A stretch of 64,000 nucleotides of DNA. Origin: the human T2T-CHM13v2.0 reference genome, Homo sapiens. The notes under the pieces were generated by a model that was not told the DNA's origin, made no database searches, and saw only the letters and a list, made by a program, of their open reading frames with translations. The stretch is taken from assembly GCF_009914755.1 (NCBI RefSeq), contig NC_060931.1; one strand, 5' to 3'. The position numbers and the translations under genes were made by a program. Shown in pieces: positions 29,190-41,789 of the stretch (position 1 is its first letter; each line of letters begins with the position of its first letter).

Positions 29190-29360
29190 AGCTTTAGTAA
29201 TTAAATACCAAACTAAATAGCATTTCTAAGCCTCAGTTACTTCATCTATCATAAAGAATAATAAAATCTACCTTTTTGGATTATTGTTAGCATTAAATAA
29301 AATGAAGCATAAAAAGCTCCCAAAATATATGACATTGGTTAATACTTTATTATTAATATT
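29190..29360 (+). mobile_element. MIR
   Basis: 'tctaagcctcagttacttcatctat...aataataaaatctacc...attgttagcattaaat'. Confidence 0.75.
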
Positions 29361-30199
29361 CTATTACATAGCTAAATATAACAAAGCTAAAATATTGTCT
29401 TCTCTCAAGCATATCTTGATTTGTACATTCATTCTGGAACAGATACTCAGACTCAAAGCTCACTGGAGAGCAGAATGAGTATTCCAAAAATGGCCATCAT
29501 ATGTCTGGACCCATATTCTCTTCTAGAACATTGCCCCTACTCCATCAAGAAGTTGAGTGTATGTACTTCTCTCTGAACCTGGGTAGGTCCTTATGACTTT
29601 TTGACTTTTTCAACTGATATGGTATGGCAGAAGCAAAGCTGTGTACATCTAAGGCTAGGCATTAAAAGGGGATAGTGCATCCACCTGGTGCTAGTGCTCT
29701 CTCGCTCTCTCTCTTTTCTCCCTCTCTCTGTCTCTTTCTCTCCTTCTCTTAAAATGATCACCCCTGGAAATGAGCCAAGTAACCCAGGCTACTTGGACCA
29801 GCCCATGTTGAAAGAACAGAAGTTCCCACTCTGTAGTCATGGCTATGCTTTACAGCTGACAGAGCACCACCTTGCCTGCTGTGTGAGTGAACCATCTTAG
29901 AAGCAGATCCTCCAGTGTTCAGATGACTCACATCATCTGGTGTTGTATAGATATGACTTTTACATAATGACACAAACTCAATATTTTTAAAACATTTATT
30001 CATGGAGTAACACTGCCAACTTGGACTGTGAGAGCAGAGACATTAAAAAATGAAAAGGGGTCTTTAGACTCCAAATTTATACAAGCAGGAAGCAGACTGA
30101 GAAAACTACTTCATCAAACACATGTTACATATTATGGAAGAGGAAGGATAATTCAGAAGCAGAACCAAGAATTTAAAGACCAGACCCAAGAGCCATGGA

Positions 30200-31003
30200 G
30201 CTGACATGACAAAGTGCCACAGACTGGGTGACTTAAACAACAGAACTTGATTTTCTCACAGTTTTGGAGGCTAGAAGTCTGAAGTCGAAGTGTCAGAAGG
30301 GTTCGTTTTTCCTATGGCTTGACTTCTTGGCTTATAGATTGCTGTCTTCTCCTTACATCTTCCCAGTGGTCTTTCCTGTGTGTGTGTCTGTGCTTAATTT
30401 CTTCTTCTTAAAAGAATGCCAGTCATATTGGACAAGAGCTACCCATACAACCTCATTTTAATTAACTCTTTAAACATCCTACTCCTGATGAAGAGTAAAC
30501 TGAGGCTCAATAAAACCTTAAAGAGTTTATTTGAGCAAGCAACAATTCATGAGTTCGGTAGCTCCAAACCAGAAGTGGTTCAAGAGCTCCAATGAGGAAA
30601 TGCAAGGAGGAGGCTTTTATAGGATGAATACAGAGGGAAAGCAAAGAAAATATTTGATTGAGTACAATTATACAATTGCCTTCTTTGGCCTATCCCATTG
30701 GAAAGTCTCTAGTTTTACAATTATAAGTTTATCGGCTACTTCTGATTGGTTGAGCTTAAGCTCTGCTTTTCTTTAATACAGGCATTTACAAGAAGTAGCT
30801 CAAGTTAAGTTTCACTGATGTTTGCAAATCAAGCAAGGTTTAAGTCATTTATGAGGCCTCACTGGTTTCATCTTCTCAGAGATTTTTTAGGCCTTGTCTC
30901 CATTTTAAGGTATTTTAACACTCCAAATACAGTCATATTCTAAGGTACTTGGGATTGGGATTTCAGCATATAAATTTGTGGGGACACAATCCAACCCATA
31001 ACA
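30200..31003 (-). mobile_element. MLT1A-like MaLR LTR interrupted by an ERV1 LTR
   Basis: 'ccacagactgggtgacttaaacaacaga...' resumes at 30921 as 'ctccaaatacagtcatattctaaggtact...gacacaatccaacccataaca'. Confidence 0.88.
30486..30920 (-). mobile_element. ERV1 solo LTR (MER57/MER93-like)
   Basis: TG...CA termini, 4-bp TSD ctcc (30482-30485, 30921-30924). Confidence 0.85.
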
Positions 31004-31099
31004 CCACTGCTTTGGGATTTCTTCTTACATGGTAATAGATAATCCAAACATCCCCTGTTTCCTGATAATATCCTAAATTGTTTACACAGCACTTCTGGA

Positions 31100-31790
31100 A
31101 GTGTCCTTTCTCATTCACTTTTGAACCATTTAAGGACTAGGACTTTACTTTGTGTTTCTGTAGTCTTCATGCATAGCACAAATTTCACAATCAAAGCAGC
31201 CCTGGCACATAATAGGTCTTCAATAAATGTTTCATGATTAAATTCCTCAAAGGCCGCATCATGCTCTCTAAATGTTTTTTCAATGTGCATCTCTTAGAAT
31301 GGTCTACTGTCATCTATTCTGTGATGGAAGAGGCAGTGTCACTTTTTTTGGCTAATAATTGTCAACTCAGCATTCAAAGCCCTGCAATTTGACTCCAGTC
31401 TATCTTTCTTGCCTCATTTTCCACTTCCCCTTACCACTTGCACTACACTTCAACCCGTCTTGGCCATAAGCTCTTTCTTCATCATGTTCCACATTTTTTC
31501 CATTGTTGGCTATGAATAAGTGGGCAAATGTGCAGAGGTCTACTTCCTTTTGGATATTTTTCTTGATTCCTCCTAACCATCTAAGATAATTGTTGTTTCT
31601 GGTAAACGCTTTTACACCATTTTGTACTTTGGCACTCACCTTATTCTATCATGTAATTCATTCATATGTAAACTCCTTCTACCTTAGTTCTCAGATTGTA
31701 AGCTGCTGTAAGGAGTGCTTCATGTTCATATTTACACTCCCTGAAGTCCTCAGAAGAACATCTGTAGCTTAGTAGATCCTCAAGTATATG
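31100..31790 (+). mobile_element. L2 3' fragments (two)
   Basis: 'cctggcacataataggtcttcaataaatgttt' and 'cagattgtaagctgctgtaagg...tagtagatcctcaagtatatgtt'. Confidence 0.65.
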
Positions 31791-34712
31791 TTAAACTGCC
31801 TTAAATTGATTAAAAACTAACTTAAGTCATCTCCCCTTATGGATATTAAGTATATTGACTTTAAAGGGTTTTCTTGCTGCTACAAGTCATAACAGTAAAT
31901 AGATGTAGAGAGAAATGTTTACAAGGACTATAATTAAGCAAAATAGGCTTTCTCTGACTTTTGCAAGCAAACTAATTTGTGTGTATATCATTTAGAATTG
32001 ATTAAAATTTTAAATTTAATATCTGAAATTATTTGATTATTTTGGTTCTTGTGTTATAGTTATTTCTTCTGATATCTGATCTGCTATGATGATGTAGGTT
32101 AATCTCTTCCAACTTGATTTACAAAACTTGTTTTCAATTGCTGTACCACTCACTTCCTCAAAGGTTGCCTCTCATATCTCCTCATCATATATACCTCTTC
32201 AAATTCAATCGAGATTTCAATTCTTCTCACTTCTCCCCAACCTGTGAGTACCACTTTGTTGCACTGTAAAAATGCATAAGAACTCCTTCACATTATTTGA
32301 ATTTTGCAATATATTATGTATTCTCAGAAAAAGCACTACATTGACACCCATAGTGTTGAACTACATAATTTTAAAAAGAGCTGATTTGAGTACAAAATAA
32401 TTATTTAACTGACTACTTAATATCTAAGTATATCTTTCACTTAAAACAACTGATAGAATTTCTTTGACCAACACCAGCATCTCATGTGACTTAGTAAAAA
32501 CATTTGTATATTTAGATACTGGCAACAGAAAAATGGCTTGGAGATTTCTCAGCAAAACTATTCTGTTTCAGAAATGTTTTGTTTCATATTTTATTAGTAT
32601 ATAATTATAATACTCTAAATGTCAGTTACAAAAATTAAATGAATAGTTGTGTTTTTGAATATTTACTCTACCACCTCTTGGTGTTCTGCTCAATAATGTA
32701 CAGTGTGACTAAGTATAGTAACTCTATGAGTGACTATACAGAATTTCATACCCTTCTCCTCAAAGAGTGGTTAAAATACTTGGAGAACATCTCCATTCTT
32801 TAATAGATGTTAGAAAAAATCACTTTAAAAAGTCCTTTAGATTTAATAATTTAAAAAACGGGAACTCCTTTTTAGCAAAAATTTGATTATAAGGGTTTTT
32901 TAAGTTTCCACTATTATTGAATGTCAGTTAATTCTTAATTCATTCTTCTGTATCTTCTGAAAAATGTGGCAGTGAAAAAAATTTCAATCAACCACAATTA
33001 CATGTCTACCAACCCAAGAATCATTAAGTTAATTAACCTTTAAATTCAAGAATCAACTAAAAGGAAATGTTCATTGAAATCAGTTTTTAAACAAAATTAA
33101 AAGTAAGATTCCAAGCCAATATTTTTTGGTTAAAGTTTTTAGCTTTCAAATTCAGATGATAAAGCAAACTAAATGAATAAACTATGTCTTTCAGTAGCTA
33201 TAACCCTAGTTCATATAGTAGGAAATTATTGTCATGCTACATGATCAAGTCAACTAAAGTGCCTAGGAACATAGGAGTTATTTAGTCAGTCCGATCTAGA
33301 CCGTTTTGTTAAGTTCCAGAAAGTATAGAATTTACTTAATTGGCACCCTGATAAATGGTTCTCCAATCTAATTGGTATAATTACCAAAAGGCAGGTACAG
33401 TGTAATGTATTTAAATGACTCAAATCAATAGGTTCATGGAATATCTTTTTCATTTAAAGAGAGTTATTAACTTATTCAATGTAGTCTACTACATATCAAT
33501 ATCTAGCTCCAAATATATTCTAGTATACCTTGTCTCCAGATCTATGATTAAGAAAGAGATTATAAGTGCTTTCTATGGTTTTCATCTATCTGGAACAAAA
33601 TTGAAAACTTAGCAAAGGGAGATTCTTTTCAACTAAAATTTATCAGAGCTGCACTGAATATACTTTCTTGTTTACCAAGAACTGTGTGATGATACTTAAA
33701 TAAATGATTATTTCCATCACCTATCAAAATGTTCGAAGCCTTGATTTTCATCTGTCCTATTATAGTCCATCTATTGTCTTCTCTGATGCACAGTATCATG
33801 AAGAAAAAGTTAAGAATTATTATGAAGGAAGTGTCTTCTTCCCTTCAGCAGGAAAGATGAATGTTTTACTCATGAAAGTTATGAGGTAGAAAAATAGCTA
33901 TTCCATTTTGTTTTTCACTTTTGATATGATATAAATTTCAGTGGAGACCTTAGAGATTCATAAGAAAGAAAATGAAAAACAAAGTCCTCAAAAATACTTT
34001 TTTTTTTTGTCAGAAGAGCATCATTATTTTTAAGTTTCTCACAAACTTGTTTGTTCTGTCTCCAGTACTTTGATCTCCTGGTAATTTTAGAGTAATTGAG
34101 AATATTTTCTAACATACGTGTCAACATAATGAAGGAGCTGGGACCTAAATGAAGAAGCGACAGAATTTACAGTGGCTTTGAATGCTGGTTCCTGAATGGA
34201 TTTGCTTGACTGCAATTCAATCTTTTTTGTGGCTCAAGGCTCACTCACCTCTAAAAGGTACTTTGTCAGAATCGATTTAAATCAATTTCTGTGGAAATTA
34301 AAATTAAATATGGTATCCCTAAGATTCTTGCATTTATTTCAATTTTTAAATTATTGATTTATACATGATTTTTATGCCCCTATCATTATATGAACATTTA
34401 TATAATTAGTGCTGATAACCAATATGCAATTTCATTTCTTTCTCTGAGATAGCTTTCATTACATTTACTTTTCACTTCAGAATCTGGCATTCCAGTCTTC
34501 TTGAAGCTTAATTCTTTTATTGAAATTTAGTTATAGATATCCCATGATATTCTCTCCCTGGAAGTTGGTATTATAAGCTTGTTATTGTTTGTTTAAAGTT
34601 GGCTATAGAAGGATATTCTTCCCCAGTTTGTCTTTAGAGGTTAGAGCTTATCAATTTTTTTTTTTAAGAAATTTGGGGAGGTTGTTTCACTTGTGATCGT
34701 CAAAAGTTCTGA

Positions 34713-34894
<182 letters not shown>

Positions 34895-35046
34895 AAGTTC
34901 TGAGTTCTTTAAAGCTTTTTAAAAAGGATTTTCTAAATGTTTTTCTCTTAGGAGATTTAGAAATTTTATCTATATTTCATTGCATTGCAATTACATCTGT
35001 GTCCTGAAACATTGGTTATTCTTCCGGGTTTTGATGGTTACTAGAT

Positions 35047-35048
<2 letters not shown>

Positions 35049-35086
<38 letters not shown>
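35049..35086. repeat. (GT)19 microsatellite
   Basis: Read directly. Confidence 0.98.
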
Positions 35087-35089
<3 letters not shown>

Positions 35090-35729
35090 GAACAATGCTA
35101 GATTATTGGGGAAAATCAGAATAATTTGAATGCCATCACACTATCCACAGGAAAGGCATATTTGTTTATACAAAATTGTCACAAAGAGAAACGAGAAAAT
35201 CTTTTGTGATCATGCAGGACCAGAAAGTGATAAAAAATATATGGTTCTGTAGAAATAAATGTTTAGCTGGAAAGAAATTGGCAGTTTTCTTCTTTGTATT
35301 TGCTACCAAATTTCTTCAACCTTAAAGTTTTACAAAATTGTTGATACACAGGAAGAAATGAGAAAAGAGAATATAGGAGAATTTATTTTAGCCAGTGAGA
35401 AATTTTAGAATTTGGTGGATATAATGTATAATATAACTATAAATTCAAAACTGTACTTGTCTGTGATATCATTAGTAGAATCTTTTAGAAATCAGGATTT
35501 TAAAAATATTAATATTTGTAAAATTAACATTGACACTTAATACAAAACATACATTACCTTGTTATGTTGCTGCATATCCAGAGTGTAAACTAATGATGAA
35601 AATCATAATAATGATCACAATCATGCTAACAGAAAATAACATTTGTTGGGTTCTTACTCTTCAACATATTACCTACCGTTTCTCATTGAGTTTTGTGGAG
35701 ATAGTATGCTCAATGATTTTACTAGATAA

Positions 35730-36164
<435 letters not shown>

Positions 36165-36739
36165 CACACAATATTTCTTAAAATGTTATGGATTTATATT
36201 TTATCTTTTTAAATCCACCATTAAGGTAAATGTATTCACCAGACCCTTAGGGTTTCAGCAAAGAACGTGAACTTTTCTCAATTCATTTGTTTATTCACTG
36301 GTAATATTTCATATTGAAATTGAGAAGACGAGAGAATTATGATAAAAGTCGCTTTTGTCCAGTCAATGCTATTAAGCGAGTTAACCATAGACATTCTCTC
36401 AAATCAGCTAATAGAATTGTATTTTCAGTGGATATTTTTAATTGCATTAAATACAAAAGATATAAACTAAATTATTCATCCTAATTATACAAAAAAGATG
36501 ATAAACTTAAGCAATATGACTATCTGTATAATTCACTCAGAAATTAAGATTTTCAAATCACCAACAGTTTAGATCAAAACAAAAGGTATAAATAAAAGGC
36601 CTCTAACGGTATCAACTACCTCCTAAATTTCAATAACAGAATCTTTTATGAAATTTAAATTAATACGGCATTATTGAATATACACGAAGCAGAATAATCC
36701 TTAAATATATTTGTGCCGATCTGGTTTTGGAGAAAGTTT

Positions 36740-37085
36740 TAAACTTTATGAAGTCCTAATATATAAATTGTTTTTATATTATGGAATACTTACAAATATC
36801 TAATGAGCTATCTTGGCGACGAGACCTAAGTCTAAACATAAAATTTATTTATGTTTCATGTATGTCTTATGTACATCACCTGAAGGTAATTTTATACAAT
36901 ATTTTAAATAAATTTGTTCATGAAACAAAGTTTTGATGGCATTTTATTATGACCTGTCACCGAAGATCAAGTAAGAAATTTTCCGATGGCATGTAGGTGC
37001 TCAATTTTAGATTTTAGAGTATTCTGGATTGGGGGCATTCCTAATCCAAAAATCTGAAATCCAAAGTGCTACAAAATTTGAAACT
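36740..37085 (+). mobile_element. Tigger4b/MER46-like DNA transposon
   Basis: 'aagtctaaacataaaatttatttatgtttcat...cctgaaggtaattttatacaatattttaaataa...catgaaacaaagttttga'; strand assignment is from recall. Confidence 0.8.
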
Positions 37086-37716
37086 ATACACACCAATACA
37101 CACACATATATATATTTAGTTTCCTGACATGTGTGCCTGTATATGTGTGTGTTGCTTTTACAGACCATGTCTTTGTGTTGGACATGTCAGTTTAATATGC
37201 CTGCCATATCCCAATTCCATTTAACATAATTTGTCTTCTTCGAACTCTTAAAAGAGATATGCAACATACCAGCTGACCTCACATGAATGGTTATAGATAC
37301 AGGCATGCCTCATTTTATTATTATTTTATTTATTGCACTTTGCAGATATCACTTTTTTTTTTTTTAACAAATTGAAGGTCTGTGGCAATCCTGCATCCAG
37401 CAAGTTATTGGCATTGTTTTCCAACAGCATGTGCTCACTTCTTGTGTTTGTGTCTCATTTTGGTAATTATCACAATATTTCAAACTTTTAAATTATTACG
37501 TTATGGTAGTCTTTGATGGTGGTCTGTGATCATTGATCTTTGATATTACTATTGTAATTGTTTTGGAGTGCCTGCCATGAGCCACACCCATGTGGATTTA
37601 ATAAATGTTGTGTGCATTCCAACTACTTTGCCAACTGCTCTCTCATCTCTCTCACTCTCCTTGGGCTTCTCTATTTCCTGAGAAAAATTGAAATTAGGCC
37701 AATTAATAACCCTATA

Positions 37717-39320
37717 ATAGCCTCTAAGTCATGGGTGTTCAATCTTTTGGCTTCCTTAGGTCACATTGGAAGAAGAATTGTCTTGGGCCACACATAAAAT
37801 ATACTATCACTAATGATAGCTGTTAAGCTAAAAAACAAAATCAGAAAAAAACTCATAATGTTTTAAGAAAGTTTACGAAATTTGTGTTGGTCAACGCATA
37901 TCCTGGGCTGCAGGCTGAGCGTTGAACAAGCTTGTTGCAAGTGTCCAAGTGAAAGGAAGAGTTGCATATCTCCCTCTCACTTTAAATTGAATTCTCAAAA
38001 TGATTAAGCTTAGTGAGGAAGGGATATTGAAAGCTGAGAAAGGCAGAATGCTAGTCCTTTTGCATCAAGCAGTTAACCAAGTTGTGAATGCAAAGGAAAA
38101 GTTCTTGAAGTAAATTAAAAGTGCTACCCCAGTGAACACACCAATGATAATAAAATGAAACAACTGTATTACTGATATAGAAAACATTTTAGTGGTCTGG
38201 ATAAAAGATCGAAACAGCCACAATAGTCTCTTAAGCCAAACTCAAATCCAGAGCAAGACCCTAACTGTCTTCAATTCTGTGAAGGCTGACAGAGGTGAGG
38301 AAGCTGCAGAAGAAAAGTTGGAAGCTAGAGGAGGTTGGCTCATGAGGTTTAAGAAGCTATCTCTATAACATAAAAGTCTAAGATGAAGCAGCAAGTGCTG
38401 ATGCAAAAGCTGCAGCAAATGATCCAGAAGATCTAGCTAAGATCATCGAAGAAAGTGCCTACAGTGAAGAACAGATTTTCAGTGCAGAAAAACAGCCTTC
38501 TGTTGGAAGAAGATAGCATCTAACACTTTCATAGCTAGAAAGCAGAAGTCAATGTCTGGCTTTTAAAGCCTCAAAGGACAATCTGAGTCCCTTGTTAGGG
38601 GCTAATGCAGCTGGCAACTTGATGTTGAAGCCAATGGTCATTTATCATTCCAAAACTTCTAGGACCCTTAAGAGTTATGCTAAATCTACTCTGCTTGTGC
38701 TGTATAAAATGGAATAACAAAGCCTTGATGGCAACACTTCTATTTACAGCATGGTATGCTGAATATTTTATGCCCTATATTGAGACCTACCCTTCAGACA
38801 AAAATATTCTCTTAAAAAATATTACTGCTCTTTAACAATGAACCTAATCACCCAAGAGCTCTGATGGACACATACAAGGAAATCAATGTTGCATTCATGC
38901 CTGCTAACAAAACATCCATTCTACAGCACATAGATCAAGGAGTAATGTTTGCTTTGTAGTCTTATTATTTAAGAAATATTTTAAGGCTATAGGGCTATAG
39001 CTGCTATAGATAGTGATTACTTTGATGGATCTGGGCAAAGTAAATTGAAAATCTTCTGGAAATAATTCACCATTCTAGATGCCATTAGTGATTTCTGGGA
39101 AGAAGTCAAAATATCAACATTTGTAGAAGTTTGGAAGAAGTCGATTCCAGCCCTCATGGATAATTTTGAGGGATTCAAGACTTCAGTGGAAGTCCCTGAA
39201 GATGTGGTGGAAATAGCAAGATGAATTAGAATCAGATGTAAAGAATTAGAATTAAAATTAGAATTAGATATCATGCCTGAAGATGTGACTGAATCACTGC
39301 AGTCTTCTGATAAAACGAAC
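37717..39320 (+). pseudogene. Tigger1 (pogo-like) transposase, disrupted
   Basis: Start codon mutated to ATA, MER30 insertion in codon 5, multiple stops and frameshifts; recognisable pieces such as [21 protein letters not shown] and DNFEGFKTSVE. Confidence 0.9.
37730..37934 (+). mobile_element. MER30 (hAT-Charlie MITE)
   Basis: 'catgggtgttcaatcttttggcttcc...gaagaattgtcttgggccacacataaaat...gttgaacaagcttg'; degenerate 8-bp TSD ctctaagt/ttgcaagt. Confidence 0.93.
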
Positions 39321-40305
39321 AGATGAGGAATTCCTTCTTATGGCTGAACAAAGAAAGTGATTGATTTCTTGAGATGGATTCTACTCCTAGTGAAGATACT
39401 GTGAACATGTTTTGAAATAAAAACAAATTATTTAAAATATTTCAAAAACTTAGTAGATAAAGCAGTGGCAGAGTTTGAGAGGATTTACTCCAGTTTTGAA
39501 AGAAGATCTACCATGGGTAAGATGCTATAAAAGGAAATAGCATGCTACAGAGAAATCTTTCATGAAAGAAAGAGTCAATAGATGTGACAAACTTCATTTG
39601 TTGTCTTATTTCAAGAACTTGGCATAGCCATCCCAATCTTCAGCAACCACCATTCTGATTAGTCAACGGCCATCAACATGGAGGCAAGACCCTCCACAAG
39701 CAAAAAAATTACATCTAATTGAAGGCTTAAATGATTGTTAGCACTTTTTAACAATAAAGTATTTTTAATTAAGGTTTGTACATTGTCTTTTAGACATAAT
39801 GCTAGTGCACACTTAATGGATTACAGTAAGTGTAAACATAAATTTTTTATCAACTGGGAAACCAAAAAATCATCTGACTTACCTTTCTGCAATATTTGCA
39901 TTATTTGGGGGTCCGGAATTAAGCCTGCAGTATTTCAGATGAATGCCTATAATTAGACTGGAGTGTATATTTGATTCTAGGAGATCCAATCAATAGTCAA
40001 TCAGTTTTTTCTTTATCAGAAATAAGAGGCAGAGAAACTGTATTCTGAAGGCAACAGGTTCTGCGTTGGACAAGTTATGTAAAAGTTTTGGCCTGAGCTG
40101 ACAACATTGCAAATTATTACAACCTCCTAAATGATGAATAAACAGAAAGGGTGGGCAGGGAAAATTCAGTTGTAGACTAAAAGAGTGGAACAGACTCTAA
40201 GAAGCAAGAAACCTGCAGGATCAGAAAGATGTGAAGCTAAAGTACTTGTTTTAAGATGCCTTGGATCCTATGAGTCCACATTTCCTTTTCAAATCTTTTA
40301 AAATT

Positions 40306-41125
40306 TTCAAAAGAAGACATTTATGCAGCCAAAAAACACATGAAAAAATGCCCACCATCACTGGCCATCAGAGAAATGCAAATCAAAACCACAATGAGAT
40401 ACCATCTCACACCAGTTAGAATGGCAATCATTAAAAAGTCAGGAAACAACAGGTGCTGGAGAGGATGTGGAGAAACAGGAACACTTTTACACTGTTGGTG
40501 GGACTGTAAACTAGTTCAACCATTGTGGAAGTCAGTGTGGCGATTCCTCAGGGATCTAGAACTAGAAATACCATTTGACCCAGCCATCCCATTACTGGGT
40601 ATGTACCCAAAGGACTATAAATCATGCTGCTATAAAGACACATGCACACGTATGTTTATTGCGGCATTATTCACAATAGCAAAGACTTGGAACCAACCCA
40701 AATGTCCAACAATGATAGACTGGATTAAGAAAATGTGGCACATATACACCATGGAATACTATGCAGCCATAAAAAATGATGAGTTCATGTCCTTTGTAGG
40801 GACATGGATGAAATTGGAAACCATCATTCTCAGTAAACTATCACAAGAACAAAAAACCAAACACCGCTTATTCTCACTCATAGGTGGGAATTGAACAATG
40901 AGAACACATGGACACAGGAAGGGGAACATCACACTCTGGGGACTGTTGTGGGGTGGGGGGAGGGGGGAGGGATAGCATTGGGAGATATACCTAATGCTAG
41001 ATGACGAGTTAGTGGGTGCAGTGCACCAGCATGGCACATGTATACATATGTAACTAACATGCACATTGTGCACATGTACCCTAAAACTTAAAGTATAATA
41101 ATAATAAATAAAATAAAATAAAATA
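40306..41125 (+). mobile_element. Young L1 (L1PA2-like), 5'-truncated, ~820 bp
   Basis: Near-consensus ORF2 end, G-rich 3' UTR tract, 'cattgggagatatacctaatgctagatgacgagttagtggg' (GAG rather than the Ta ACA), patterned A-tail, short TSD ~aaaatt. Confidence 0.95.
40340..40894 (+). pseudogene. L1 ORF2p C-terminal fragment (184 aa, open frame)
   Basis: [18 protein letters not shown] zinc-knuckle and terminal FSLIGGN; no promoter, EN or RT domain. Confidence 0.95.
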
Positions 41126-41789
41126 AAAATTCACCCAGCCTGTTTTTCTTGGAATATTTTGAGTGGGCATTTATTCTTTACAACTAAAATGATTTTCTTT
41201 TTTGGCTTTTCTTTCATTAGATAAGTGTATACATCTTGGAAAAAAATTAGCATATCAGGACAAAGTTACATTTATACAATTATATTTCATTATTTTTCAC
41301 TAAAAACATATGTTACTATAAAGCAGGTAGCAGAGTTTATCTTGGAAAAGAAAGGCAATACAATGATGGTCTTTAAATGTGGATGGAGAGGCTCCAAGGC
41401 ATGCCAATGTGTCCTACAGCATGACACAGCTGCTGGAGGAGGCAGAGGTGAGGGTAAGAAACAATGTAAAATATTATAAGGGAGGTGACTCAAACCACAT
41501 GGAGTATGTGCACATGTGTGTAAACATGGATAGAACTTATGTTTCTAACAAAGTGATTCATTTTCTGAAGTCAGGGACTGTTTTATTCTCTTGTACTTCT
41601 CAATGTCTTGAATAGCAATAAGTCCATAGAAGGAGCCAAATAAATAAGTGAATCTGAGTTTTGCCTTCCTCAATGACCTTGGGCAAACTGTTTAATCTTG
41701 ATTACAACACAAATATTTTTTATAGCTATAATAAACTATAGCTGTGTTGTGATTGGAATAGATGAATGAATGAATGAATGTTTTTTCAG

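Larger units (their letters stand above)
29460..31050 (+). mobile_element. MLT1F/G-like MaLR LTR, split by nested insertions
   Basis: 5' part 'aaaaatggcca...ctccatcaagaagttgagt' to ~29940; 3' terminus 'ccactgctttggga...atggtaatagataatccaaaca' at 31004-31050. Confidence 0.65.
37300..39949 (+). mobile_element. Tigger1 DNA transposon, full length
   Basis: TA-flanked TIRs 'caggcatgcctc' and 'gatgaatgccta'; continuous Tigger1 sequence between them. Confidence 0.96.

Noticed and set aside
40340-40894. Longest ORF (184 aa) as a host gene
   Set aside because: It is the C-terminus of L1 ORF2p in a 5'-truncated, promoterless insertion.
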